Of a stretch of 64,000 bases of DNA, positions 48,995 to 62,235 are shown in pieces. The DNA lies in NCBI RefSeq assembly GCF_031769215.1, contig NW_026781915.1, positions 3,472,001 through 3,536,000 of the forward strand, given 5' to 3'. Numbering within the stretch: position 1 is the stretch's first letter; each line of letters opens with the position of its first letter. The notes under the pieces are model-generated. The model searched no databases. It was not told the origin of the DNA and worked only from the letters and a program-made list of their open reading frames with translations. Position numbers and translations under genes: made by a program. The DNA is from Ylistrum balloti. Lineage: Eukaryota.

Positions 48995-49995
48995 ATACTA
49001 TTCGGCTTTCCAACATTGCCCCCTTCCAACTCTATACACTTGTTCTATCTAGTTTGTCAATCATTGATACCCGAAGAGTATTACTCCACTCATTGGTCAC
49101 CTAACCACTCCCCCATAGCAAGGCCCAGCTCATCATCACCATTCTCTAATCTTCGGCTGGTGGTGTTTTTTCAGTCGAAGAAGGAAATGATAGTCATTGA
49201 GAGTCAGGTCTGGAGAATAGGACGGGTTTAAGAAGAGTTCGTGACTATACTCGCGCGCAGCTTCCATTGCAACCCCGACTGGTATGGACTGGCGAGTTGT
49301 CCTGTCCCGACATATTGTTCCCGATGCGTTTGATTGTTACACCTGCTTTAGTAGGTTAACTAATGCTTATAATCCATTGCAGCTCCATTGGGCAAGAAGT
49401 CAATGTGTATCGCTCCTATACTGTCCCAAAAATGATCGCCATAACTCTGGTGAATCTGATGACTTTAGCTTCTTTTTCTTAGGAGATTTTTTCAAGTGTT
49501 TCTATTCCATCGATTCTTCATCATTGCAAATTAAGGTTTCATTACACCCGAAAGTGAAACCATCTTGGTTGGTGTTGTACCGAACTTGATTGCTCCATGC
49601 CATCTGAAAGCAGTCTCGAGACCTATCTTTCAGATTCCATGGACAAGTGTAGTTTCTCATGAAGTATACCGTGTGATATACACGGATCCATATTAAATAT
49701 CTGTTACATCTACTAGTGTTCTAATTTGTGCACTGCATCAGTGTTTGTGGGGGTTAGTACTGGTTGATGGTCTTCCTGATCTGCGGTCTCCTTCTTAGCA
49801 TGCTTTTCCACTTTGGAACTCCTTCCACCAGCGTTTAATAGCAGAGGGAGACGGCAGTCACTCTGTTTTGGCAGATTGACCTTCCTGGACTACAAGCTAC
49901 ATCCAACTTTTTACCTATCTGACCAAATTCACTGGGGTTATGTTTCTCAACATGTGGTGAGTGAAAATTTGGAACCAGCAATATTATCTTACATG
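48995..49995 (-). pseudogene. Fossil mariner (DD34D) transposase
   Basis: Minus-strand remnants: AIKRWWKEFQSG..RRSGRPSTS (HTH/GRPS-type linker), ISHGILHEKLHLS, and DNSPVHTS..(+1 frameshift)..NPSYSPDLTLNDY, then KCIELEG. The codons for D (49301) and D (49195) give 34 intervening residues after removing one base. Many stops and frameshifts. Confidence 0.88.
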
Positions 49996-52900
49996 AAATC
50001 AGTAGGTAAGACAAGGATGCATACTAGATGTGTAGACATAGAATTGAATGGGTACAACTAATGACCATGGGGAACATTCAAGTCAAGTTTGAAAATGTTG
50101 TTTTAATACTTCTCAAGCAAGGGAAATGACGGTAAACTTCAATTGTCAAAATCCACGAGGTCCCCCGTCAATCCTTCTGGTCACGTATCAGTCTCAAAAT
50201 CAAATAGGCACAACTAGGGACCATGGCGAGCATACACATTAAATTTGAGAAATATCCCTCCAGTTCTCAAGAAATAGCATACCAAAATTTTCTTCACTGA
50301 TCAGCTTTAAAATTAAGTAGGCAAGGAACAGATGGGTAACGATGATTGTTTAAGAGAAAGGGATGAAGTTTGATCAAAATAGCCAACCATCTGATGACTG
50401 TGGGCCAAAAAAGTGTGAAGCTCAAATCTTTTTGTTATCCCCTGGTACACACTATTGCAAATGGCTAGCAACCAACATAGATGCTAGTAGCTAGTTACGA
50501 CTTATTCTTTGCTCAAAGTGTGACAACTAACAGCAGTAAGTCCATACATGGTAATAACCCTATCTATTTTTTTTTTTCAAAAAGATCAGCAAAGATACCA
50601 ATATTATCTATTTGCCCTCTGGTAAGCTAATCCTCTACTTTTATTTTGTGTTGGCCCCTTTCTATTGCAGGATAAATTTGGTGGCTTGGGACATTTTGAT
50701 GGACAGGTGTTGGTTGTACAGGTTTCAAACTACTGGTATTTGAACTCAGAATAACTGTCCATGTAATCTTCATTTGATTAGTTGTTGGATTGATGAGAAA
50801 TAATACAGATTAATTATCATCTGAATCGTAAATAGTGTTAATTTACATGTTTCATTGTTAGTGGTTTAAAGAACTACAATTCAATATGCAATCTGTAAAC
50901 ATTTTATTTTTCAAATTAAGTGCTTCCCATTCCATCAATATAAGCTGTACAACAAACATGTAAAAAAAATATAACAATAGTATTATTCAACAAATCCCCA
51001 CGGAAAAATAGCATGTCCAAGAGGATTTTATTCAACAAGTTTCCCTATACATGTAATAGCCGGACTAGAAAATCACACAGAATTTAACAGACTGTATTCA
51101 GTGTCCCTGACAACGAAGCACATTATGTGATCTATCAGATTTAATGGTTGTGATATAGATGAGACCTAGTATTAATTGAAAGGCAGGTTAAGGTTTAATG
51201 ATACAGAAAAAAAGCTGCCACAACAACATAATATAAATGATAAATTTTCTCCCAATTTTGACAACCTTGCAAACAATTTAGGATTATAGCTTTTTCAGAC
51301 AGGTGTCATAAAATGATGTCATGAGTTTTCATTGCATATGATTTATAAAAGAAAAACTATGAATTTTCATTTTAACAATAACATGTGAAGCTCAACGAGA
51401 TTTTCCATTACCCCGAACTAATTCAATTGCCCTTGCAGGTTGATTTTTAGTATTACATATCAACATTATGACATTCAAGGCTTTTTATTTTGTGATATCA
51501 TAATACAAATGTATCGTTGACAATTTTGAAAATTTTGAGCTGAACAATAGTCAGTTAATTACTTTCTTTAATGCCCCATTGGAAATGAAAAGACAAATAA
51601 AAAAAAACAGAAACAATACAAATAATAAAAAAAAACCCAACAAAAAAACTTTTTACATATAACTCCACTATAACTGTTGTATTTGGCAGAATATCCTCCT
51701 TTGGTGGGATCTTGGTTTTAAATAACATGAAAAGATATGATTTGGTAACTCTCAATCATTATACATGTATTACTACTTGCATCTATTCCAAGATTTCAAT
51801 TCATAAATATATATATAATCATGATGAAAGTTATATTTGCTGTAGGGTAAATAGTTGTGTAGTGGGATGTTTACGGTAGGGTGAAATAGTTACTGTAGGA
51901 GGATAATGACTAGAGTGAAATAAATATTGTTGGGGCTCTAAGGGGGAACTTACTTGAAGAGAGATAGATACTGAAGGAGGAGAGGGTCAGACAATTAGGC
52001 TTAACTACAACTAAATAGAGAATGAGATCTAAACGAGAGTAAGTGATACAGGGGATGTACAGTGTACAGCAAGTTACAAAAAGTGCCAACTCGTCTATTT
52101 GTAGATACGGTTAGTGCAAAGTAGGTCCAGAGAAACCAATTAAGTGTTAATTCAGTATTATAAATCCAAAAAGAATACTTTATCAAATGTAAAATTAAAG
52201 GTTTCAACAGGAGTGATGTGTAACATAGTACATAACATATTTCAATGACTACGTAAGTTATGATCTATATATCCATTGCACACATACTGTTGACACCTGG
52301 CACCAAATATTGTGGTTCTGTGTAAAGAATGGTTAAATAGTGGTAACTGGCTAAAAAAGGAAAATGTATACCTGATTTGAAGAAAATAGAACTTATATAT
52401 AAATAGTTTGAAAGATTTAAAAAAAAATTTCCAACATGTTTCGTAATCTGTTACTGGAAACAGATAATGAGACACAGCGGGGAATATGGAAATATAGAGT
52501 ACACTGAAATGTAATGCTTGGAAACACTACATTTAAAGTTTCATTAGCATTCTGAAAAAAGTCATGGCAGGTGTTTGGCAGAAGAAATGATGTTAAATAA
52601 TAATACAATGTCATGTAATAATAATAAACATGTCATACAATATATATAACACTCCTCCCTAAGTTATTATCATATGACTAAGAAATCATCACCAGTTTAA
52701 TGCAACAACCAAAGAGAAGTATTGGACCCACAAGTTCATTGGTGATTCCCACATGGCAATAAATATTCCTCAAGATTATATGACATCAATTATCTCTAGG
52801 CATGCGAATGGTACAGTATTAATATTTGTGTATTGTGAAAGGAATATATTCTTTGTGCATGAAATATAACAACATCATTAGCACTTTGCTGTACCTACAG

Positions 52901-55383
52901 CACCACAAACTCTCAGCACTAACCTGATCTATACAGGTAGACCACCTATACAGACACAGTTTGATCTTGTAGATAATACGTTTATTCATCAGGAAAAATA
53001 ATTTCACTGTACTTCTGCAGAATTTGACCTTGTACAGTGTCATCACTTTTGACATAAACAGAAAAAAAAACAAGGCTGAATATCATTGCTTGCAATCTGA
53101 ACTCCTCAATGTCTGCCCAAATTTCTAGTAAAAATGAAAAGGCGGTCAATTAATCTGAATACACATGACATATGACTCCATTGGTAATTGGTCTGTATCC
53201 ATATGATGAGAGTTACACCTTGGAAAAAGTGATACACAGTCAATCAAGTAGGGCATAACATAGGAATTAAGTCTTCATTGTACAGACATGTTTTTTCTTT
53301 CATTAATTGTTCAAAACTTTGACTGAAATGACTAGAAATTCTTAAACTTATCAACATCATGGATACCAATATGAAACCTCATTCCATACAATAATCAAAA
53401 GGATATTTCTCAAATTTCATAAAGCTAATTCACATTTTCAACATTACAAAACTACCAAACAATATTTATCCTTATTTACAATTTGGGTAAGAAGCACATG
53501 TATGAACACAAAGACACCAAATTTCAACATTACTTCTACACATGCAAACCCTTTCTATTTTTGAAGGAGACCTCTGACATTTCATCCTAATCTTAGCAAT
53601 GGTTTTGAACAGCTTTAAATATGTAATTTACTAGTAGTCATTTGTACTTTTTTCTGGCATTTGAGTTTTAAAACATGCACAATCTTCCTATTGGATGTTT
53701 TAAACATTTGGCAGATATGTACTTCATATTATTATGGTCACCTGCATCAATGTTTAGTACAACAAATTTACAACCAACAGCTAGCAAGAAATTCAGCAAT
53801 TCAGGTCAAAGTTGTTTATAAGACAACTTCCTCTCAATAGACTCTTGTGTAACCTTGTATTGAAAAAGATTTTGTGTTAAGACTATCCCAGTTCTAAACA
53901 TGGTTTTATATTTACACTGTAGTAAGTTATATTCTACACTGCACCAGCAATCAATATTATTTTTTTTATGTTAATGTGCTCCTACTTTTTTCTTCACACA
54001 TGATTGTCTTTACACATGACTGAACACTTTGTGTGATCTGGCTTTCACACGAATTTGTAATAAAGCATGTTGTAGATATAGATAATCACAAAAAAGATTA
54101 ACAGGGTATATTCATTGCTTGACCTGTTCCTGCAATAGACATTATTCAATATATATTCTTTTCAAGTATAAAAATGATTTTTGTTATCAAGCCTGTTCAT
54201 GCTATTAACCTTAACTTGTATTAAGCATATTTTACTATAATCATGATTCTACAAACATAATTTCATATTTAACATTACCCTGATAATGTTCCACTCTCCT
54301 ATAAATTGTGTTATTACATCATACTATCAGGAGTAACCTATTCACAACATGAACATATGTACCTTTAAATAAAACATCAAACAAATTTTTAAACATTATA
54401 AGTTATCAACACAGAAACAACCTATTTCAGTAGCTCCTACGAAACTACAACCAATAGTCTAAAAATATTATTATAACAAACATAGAGACAAATTTCACTT
54501 GACACAAAAAGAAATTATGTAAGAAAGGTTAACTGTGTAGATATCAGGCCAACTGAAATGTCGGCCCACCTACATACACTGATCTTTAACAGAATAATAA
54601 ATGCTGTTTTATGGTCCTGTATTAAGCCCACTCCATGCAGAGATTAGGGGATTGGTCTCCTAGACTTACTGAAGGATAAGACAAAGACTTACTGAAGGAT
54701 ACTTATAATATTTTTACAAAGATTGTACCTTTATAAACATTTGAATAAAAATAAAAAAGAAAAATAAATAAAATTTGATGGACAAAGAAATCTCTCATCA
54801 CAAACAGACAAATGTGAAACAACGCACCAACAATGTGTTTTCACAAAGCTGAACATGTGTAGGCTCACAGATATTATAATGAACACAATAAGATACCAAG
54901 TCAAGATTTTTTCAGAACTTATCACAAACATACAACCATAAACCAGAGTTTAACTGAGTATTCTCATACCTGTCATAGACAGGTGACACATACTATGTAC
55001 CAGGTAGTCACAAATGTTTTTGGAAGGTTTTTGGTGGGAAAGGATGTGTGTATCTTTGTTAGGACGGTCTCAGTAATTGAATGGACAAACAAATAAGGTC
55101 ATTCTTTATAAATATCTATTAAATGCAACAGGGTTACAACAAAATGCAACTAAGACGGGCTTGTCCAGGGTATGGTCTACCTACAACAGGTAGGTGCACA
55201 TTGGCTATCTCCACCATTCAGTAATACATGTCACTTTGAGTATCAAGAAAAGTAATTATATAATCCCCAAAATTAAGATATTTACTACAACATGATTCAC
55301 TTACAACTTCTCCCTTTAAACACTGCAAAAACAAATATCTCTGTATATTTAAACAAAAATATTCTCTCTTAGCCATACAAAAT

Positions 55384-58300
55384 TTAGATTTTTGTTTCCC
55401 TTGTATTGTTGGTGTCAAGATCAGGGTTAGTCTCCATGCCCTCTCTCAAAGGTTCCAGTTCAGACTCACGGAACTCGCTACGCCCAAGTTCCTGTTTGAC
55501 CGTTGAGGTGTGGCACTCATTTTGACAAGGAGCCTCAATGTCTAGGCCACCCATTTGGTGGATCTTCCAGCCACAGATGAAGAACCCTCCTCCCAGGGCC
55601 ACCAACATGGTGACCACTACCCAAACATTGTATGTCATTACCACCAGCATTAGTATATAACTACACACCATCTGGACGACGTACAGCAGCGTTTGTAGCA
55701 GGTGCTCACGACTCCGTATGGAGTACCTATAACAGTCAAACAATATGGTCTTCATCAGACATGATACAATTACATATCAAACCTGTTTTACAGGACCTTA
55801 ATACCTAAATAACCTGAAATGAAGTAATGGACATGAATGTGATCCTGTGCAGAAAAAAAATGTAGGTCAAGATTTTTTCAAAGCAAAATTACAATATCTT
55901 GTTATCAGGGAATATACCCATGTAATAGTTTTGTGTATTACATGTGCAATAAGTAAAATATTAGGATATCAAGCTTACAAAATGAAATTATGTCACACAC
56001 ACAGACTGTACTGTGATATAACTATGGAGACAACTGATTTTTTTATCAAATCTAACTGACTTAAAGGTTGATGAGGAAATGTCTGTTTTCTCCAATATTC
56101 GCTATGTGATTAAAAGGATCTTAACTTTGTTCCATTTGATATGTGATTTTATGAAACTTGTCACAAATGTTTATATATCTGTCAAAAATTTTGACAATTA
56201 ATCATATGGAAGAACACTGTCCATCTGTCATAAACTTATATTTGTCCATAAATGTCCTAACATAGTTTTCAGCCAATCTTTTTCAAACTACTGTTGTGTT
56301 TTCCTGTACAACAGTTTGATTAAACTGTCTTTGGAAGAGTCAATGACTGATTTTTCATACTGTTAAACTTATAAGATCTTTTCTGTCAGTTTTCTTGTCA
56401 AACTTTGCAGACTTTATAACTATGATATGATTATGAAATTGTGTTTGCTTACATAACAGTTCGATTGAACAATTTTTGAAAGAGTTATTTCCCTTCATTT
56501 TCTTCACATTTCAAGTTTGTATGATAATTTCCTTCCTCAGTCTTTAACCAATTAATTAAAAAATAGGTAAGCTTTATAATCATTACATGGAATTGTGGTA
56601 TGCTTTAGTTTATCATTAAAATGTATAGCACTGTTTTCCACATTAACATTTTAGCTTGTTACTCTTTTATCATTTCCATATTGTAATCTTTCTGATATGA
56701 TAAATCATAAATACTTCTTAGGCATTGGGCTGGTGTACATTGTTCCATTTTGCAGTATTTTTATTCATTTAATCTTGCTATAGACACACTATAATCTGAA
56801 GAATATGAAATTACAGTTTACAGAGACAGGGGATAAAGTAAACACATTAAGAATGACATGGTCTAGGATGGAACAATATGTTTTCTTCAATATTAGCAAA
56901 TCATAACAGCTTTTGATCATAGATATATGAACATATGACAGTGTAATAAAATACACTAAGAACACTTGTGAGGATAAACTTCCTGTATATCATGTTAAGT
57001 AAAAATGGTCCATGCTCATATTTATACACAGTGTTAATAATATTGGATAGATGTTTGTGCATGTCTTTGTGTATCAATGCAATGTTTTTTATAACAACAT
57101 AAGTGAGGTTAGTGTGATTACCCTTACAAAATATATTGATGTAAAATAGACTGATTGCTGATCATTGCAGGAAAAGAGATAGAAATCTTAAGTTGTAAGA
57201 GAGAAAGAGTGAGCGAATTTGTAGGTGTAGGAGAGACAGAGATTTGTAGTAATTGTTGTAAGAGAGTAATTGTGTATGTGCAAGCAAGAAAGAGAGTTTG
57301 TGAGAGAGACTTTGTAGATGTGAATTTGCAGGTGTAGGAGATAGCATTATGAAGCAGCTGTATGATGTAAGTGACCTGATTTGTTGGTAGGTGTCTGCTA
57401 GAAGGTGAGTGGTGTCGCTAGTCTCAGGCTCAGCCGATCTGTAATGGCAAAGTGCTGCTGATAAGTATATGTGACCTAATTTCACTAAGAGAAACTCCGG
57501 TTGACTTGAGACAAGAACTTCCTAGAGACTGAATAGAGATGTAATGGAATTTCCCAACACTAGAGACTGTGTGAAATACACTATTATACAGGTAATGTTC
57601 ATATTAAAGGGAATGCCCTTTAACAAGGCAAATGTGTTTAATAGGTTATAGAGTACAACTTAAACAGAGAAAAATACTATCTTCTCACTGTAAAATTTAC
57701 ATGTTAATCAAGGTAAAGTGTACAGATTTATCCAGAAAAAAACCACAAGTTTAACAGTGTGAAGTATTGCCCATGAAAAGTGTACAGACTTAACAAGGCA
57801 TAGTATACTGTTTCAACGGAGTGAAGTGTACTGTTTTAACAGAGTAAAGAGTACAGTTTTATCAAGGTAAAGTGAACAGTTTTTTTTAAAAGTAATCTAT
57901 TCTATGATATATTTATCAATCATGGTAAAGTGAACATGATAAATCATACTCTCTAACAGGGTAAAGTCAAGTCTTCTAATGGGATGGACTTTAACATGTA
58001 ATCATGGCAAAGTGCATCATACATGTCACACTTTAAAAAATTTATAATGGTGAAGAAACCTTTTTAAATGAAAATGTGTATTGTAGGTTAGTGCACTTTG
58101 AAAAAAAAATCAAGTATATAGAAGTGTAATAGTATGATAATGGTATCTGTATTATTTTGCAAGGAACATGTATTTGTCATAATGTGAAAGGAATGCATGA
58201 ATTAAGTGCAATCAAGAAATATGTCATGAAATTAAAGATGTATATAGCGCTGGGTATATATATATGTACGAGTCAGTTCTTGTCAGGATTCCACTACAAT

Positions 58301-61300
58301 ATAGACATCACATCAATCACCATGGCAACTGCTTACCCGATAGGAACAAGGATAACACACTAAATCAAGGTTTTACTAACTACCCAGTAGAAACTAAGAT
58401 AACATACTCAGCGATGGTTATATCCCTGTGGATGTACTGACGTAGGTACTTGACAGCTTCGTACACAAATCCAATCACAAAGGTCATCAGGATCAGGCAA
58501 AAAATCCCTGCAACAAAGACAATCTTGAGAGACACAAAATATTTCTTACATCATAGATAAAGAGCCACTTCAAAAGGAAATTTCTAATTCCCTGACTGAA
58601 GATGATCTACTTGGTGTAAATTTCTAGTTCCCTGACTGAAGACGATCTATTTGGTGTAAATTTCTAGTTCCCTGGGTGAAGATGATCTATTTGGTGTAAA
58701 TTTCTAGTTCCCTGGGTGAAGATGATCTATTTGGTGTAAATTTCTAGTTCCCTGACTGAAGATGATCTATTTGGTGTAAATTTCTAGTTCCCTGACTGAA
58801 GATGATCTATTTGGTGTAAATTTCTAGTTCCCTGGGTGAAGATGATCTACTTGGTGTAAATTTCTAGTTCCCTGACTGAAGATGATCTACTTGGTGTAAA
58901 TTTCTAGTTCCCTAGGTGAAGATGATCCTGACTGAAGATGATCTACTTGTTGTAAATTTCTAGTTCCCTGGGTGAAGATGATCTATTTGGTGTAAATTTA
59001 TAGTTCCCTTGGTGAAGACGATTTATTTGGTGTAAATTTCTAGTTCCCTAGGTGAAGATGATCTATTTGGTGTAAATTTCTAGTTCCCTGGGTGAAGATG
59101 ATCTATTTGGTGTAAATTTCTAGTTCCCTGACTGAAGATGATCTACTTGTTGTAAATTTCTAGTCCCCTGACTGAAGATGATCTACTTGTTGTAAATTTC
59201 TAGTTCCCTGACTGAAGATGATCTATTTGGTGTAAATTTCTAGTTCCCTGACTGAAGATGATCTATTTGGTGTAAATTTCTAGTTCCCTGGGTGAAGACG
59301 ATTTATTTGGTGTAAATTTCTAGTTCCCTAGGTGAAGATGATCTATTTGGTGTAAATTTCTAGTTCCCTGGGTGAAGATGATCTATTTGGTGTAAATTTC
59401 TAGTTCCCTAGGTGAAGATGATCTATTTGGTGTAAATTTCTAGTTCCCTTGGTGAAGACGATTTATTTGGTGTAAATTTCTAGTTCCCTAGGTGAAGATG
59501 ATCTATTTGGTGTAAATTTCTAGTTCCCTGGGTGAAGATGATCTATTTGGTGTAAATTTCTAGTTCCCTGGGTGAAGATGATCTATTTGGTGTAAATTTC
59601 TAGTTCCCTGGGTGAAGATGATCTATTTGGTGTAAATTTCTAGTTCCCTAGGTGAAGATGATCTATTTGGTGTAAATTTCTAGTTCCCTTGGTGAAGACG
59701 ATTTATTTGGTGTAAATTTCTAGTTCCCTAGGTGAAGATGATCTATTTGGTGTAAATTTCTAGTTCCCTGACTGAAGATGATCTACTTGTTGTAAATTTC
59801 TAGTTCCCTGACTGAAGATGATCTACTTGTTGTAAATTTCTAGTTCCCTGACTGAAGATGATCTACTTGGTGTAAATTTCTAGTTCCCTGACTGAAGATG
59901 ATCTACTTGTTGTAAATTTCTAGTTCCCTGACTGAAGATGATCTATTTGGTGTAAATTTCTAGTTCCCTGACTGAAGATGATCTATTTGGTGTAAATTTC
60001 TAGTTCCCTGGGTGAAGATGATCTATTTGGTGTAAATTTCTAGTTCCCTGGGTGAAGATGATCTACTTGGTGTAAATTTCTAGTTCCCTGGGTGAAGATG
60101 ATCTATTTGGTGTAAATTTCTAGTTCCCTGGGTGAAGACGATCTATTTGGTGTAAATTTCTAGTTCCCTGGGTGAAGATGATCTATTTGGTGTAAATTTC
60201 TAGTTCCCTGGGTGAAGATGATCTATTTGGTGTAAATTTCTAGTTCCCTGGGTGAAGATGATCTATTTGGTGTAAATTTCTAGTTCCCTAGGTGAAGACG
60301 ATTTATTTGGTGTAAATTTCTAGTTCCCTAGGTGAAGATGATCTATTTGGTGTAAATTTCTAGTTCCCTGGGTGAAGATGATCTATTTGGTGTAAATTTC
60401 TAGTTCCCTAGGTGAAGACGATTTATTTGGTGTAAATTTCTAGTTCCCTAGGTGAAGATGATCTATTTGGTGTAAATTTCTAGTTCCCTGACTGAAGATG
60501 ATCTACTTGTTGTAAATTTCTAGTTCCCTGACTGAAGATGATCTACTTGGTGTAAATTTCTAGTTCCCTGGGTGAAGATGATCTATTTGGTGTAAATTTC
60601 TAGTTCCCTGGGTGAAGATGATCTATTTTGTGTAAATTTCTAGTCCCCTTGGTGGAAAAAATATCTTAACACAAGTGTGCATAGTGGAATAAAAAATATC
60701 CAAACATTAAGTCAACTTTGGATTGAAAAATTAACATGTATTGTAGATGGGAGCCTGATGGTATGTTGATTATGATATGCCCCAATGATGGTGATTCTTT
60801 ATTACACAAACAAGAGTCCACCTAAAATTTCTGTGTAAAACTAGTAAGAAGATCCAGATAAATAGCAGCAATAACTATTGTTAATGGTTATACCTCATTC
60901 ATTACAGACAAAATGTAACAAATTGGTAACATAAAGTCAGCACGTCTAAATGGATTCATTGATGCCACCAAAATTTATATATTTGTTTTAGTTCTTGTGA
61001 AAAAATTAAGACCATCTGTAACAATAGTCCTTGTATTTTCCTATCAATGAATTTGTGTCAACAGCTTTACTGTCTAAACACTCAAGCTATATCACATTTG
61101 CTCATAACTTTCCAGAATTACACTGTATAACTGCAAAATAACAAATATATTACTTACATTACCATTCGAGAGCAAAGTTTGAAACCAATTACCTGTTTTT
61201 GCATCCAACGTAAAAGATTCAAAAAGCACAGTTCCTCTCCATTGGAAATTGAAATACATTGGGTGCTGTAAAACAAGACACCATCACAATATTACAGATA

Positions 61301-62235
61301 TACCCAGTAAATATAGAACATCATAGGAAGTACATTGGGGAGGGGTTCTCACTGTCACCTCTGTGCTTAAATGTTCAACATCCTGTCAATTAAAGGCAAA
61401 ATTTTTAACAGAAATATTTTTTCATAACAAAGATTGACTAGTTTGTGAATGGAAATGTAGACTCAACTTTTGACTTCTACCTGGTAATTCTGACCTTCAA
61501 TTAAGTGATTTCAGAGCAGATTTTGATCATGTGGCTGAATCATACATGAAGCTTCATTAAAAATATTCATAAGTAATCCAAATAATATAACTACTGATAT
61601 TTTTTAAACATCTGACAAGGCGACCTTGATTTTTTGGTTGTATATTTCATTTGATTATAGTTAGCCTTTCCTTTAAACATTGTGTTCGTTAAAAGAGAAA
61701 TAATCTTACCACACATTTGACTTGGGTAACTTGACCTTCATATTAATACAGCTGACATTTGTTACAAATAATCATTTGTTTTTTGTTACCGACCATTAGC
61801 CAATACATTATTTTGTGTGACTTACAGACCAATGGATTGTCAATATTTCAGATGGATTTCAACATAACTTCAAAGAAAGAAAAATTATCTTTATAGGTAC
61901 TGGTGTTAAATTCTGACCCTGAAATCTAAAATGACATCCTAAGGTGGGGAATTGGTACTTAAATATCAATGTTAAACTGCAGTTGGCTATGTCAATATAC
62001 TTACATGCTCTATTGCATGGTGTTCAGCATTCTCATGGCCCGAGTGGGCAAAGTGGTCATGATAATGTGTTTGATGTAAAATACTATGTTCCTGTTGGTC
62101 AGCAGGTGTGGTGGTCATCATGTTATGATCATGGTGATGGTGTTGATGGTGACTGTGATCCATGATTATAATTACAGTGATGGTCAGTACACACAGTATC
62201 AACAGTACACGTGGTCCATAGTAACGTAATCTCAT
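55384..62235 (-). CDS. SLC31A: CTR/SLC31 family copper uptake transporter (248 aa from ATG 62235, or 224 aa from ATG 62163)
   Basis: Exons 62235(62163)-62005, 61265-61193, 58507-58408, 55726-55384, GT-AG with phases 0/1/2 consistent. His-rich N-terminus starting MDH, MYFNF..VLFES, TM1 ending YEAVKYLR, TM2 MxxxM (MLVVMTYN), and Gly-rich TM3 (LGGGFF). Confidence 0.93.
57150..57560. other. Compositionally distinct purine-rich insert with internal direct repeats (possible retroelement/LTR remnant)
   Basis: Repeated ttgtaagagag and gtgtaggaga motifs with strong strand skew. No diagnostic termini were found. Confidence 0.3.
57700..57970. repeat. Highly degenerate minisatellite of about 24 bp
   Basis: Recurring aa(g/c)(g/a)gtaaagtgtacagtttt-like units. 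Confidence 0.5.
58578..60657. repeat. 40-bp minisatellite, about 52 copies, in a CTR intron
   Basis: Unit ttccctgggtgaagatgatctatttggtgtaaatttctag with a few recurring variants and one 16-bp partial unit near 58915. Confidence 0.99.

Noticed and set aside
58578-60657. 40-bp array as a possible CRISPR array (also the 61-bp and 29-bp arrays)
   Set aside because: Units are head-to-tail with no unique spacers, there are no cas genes, and the context is a eukaryotic intron.
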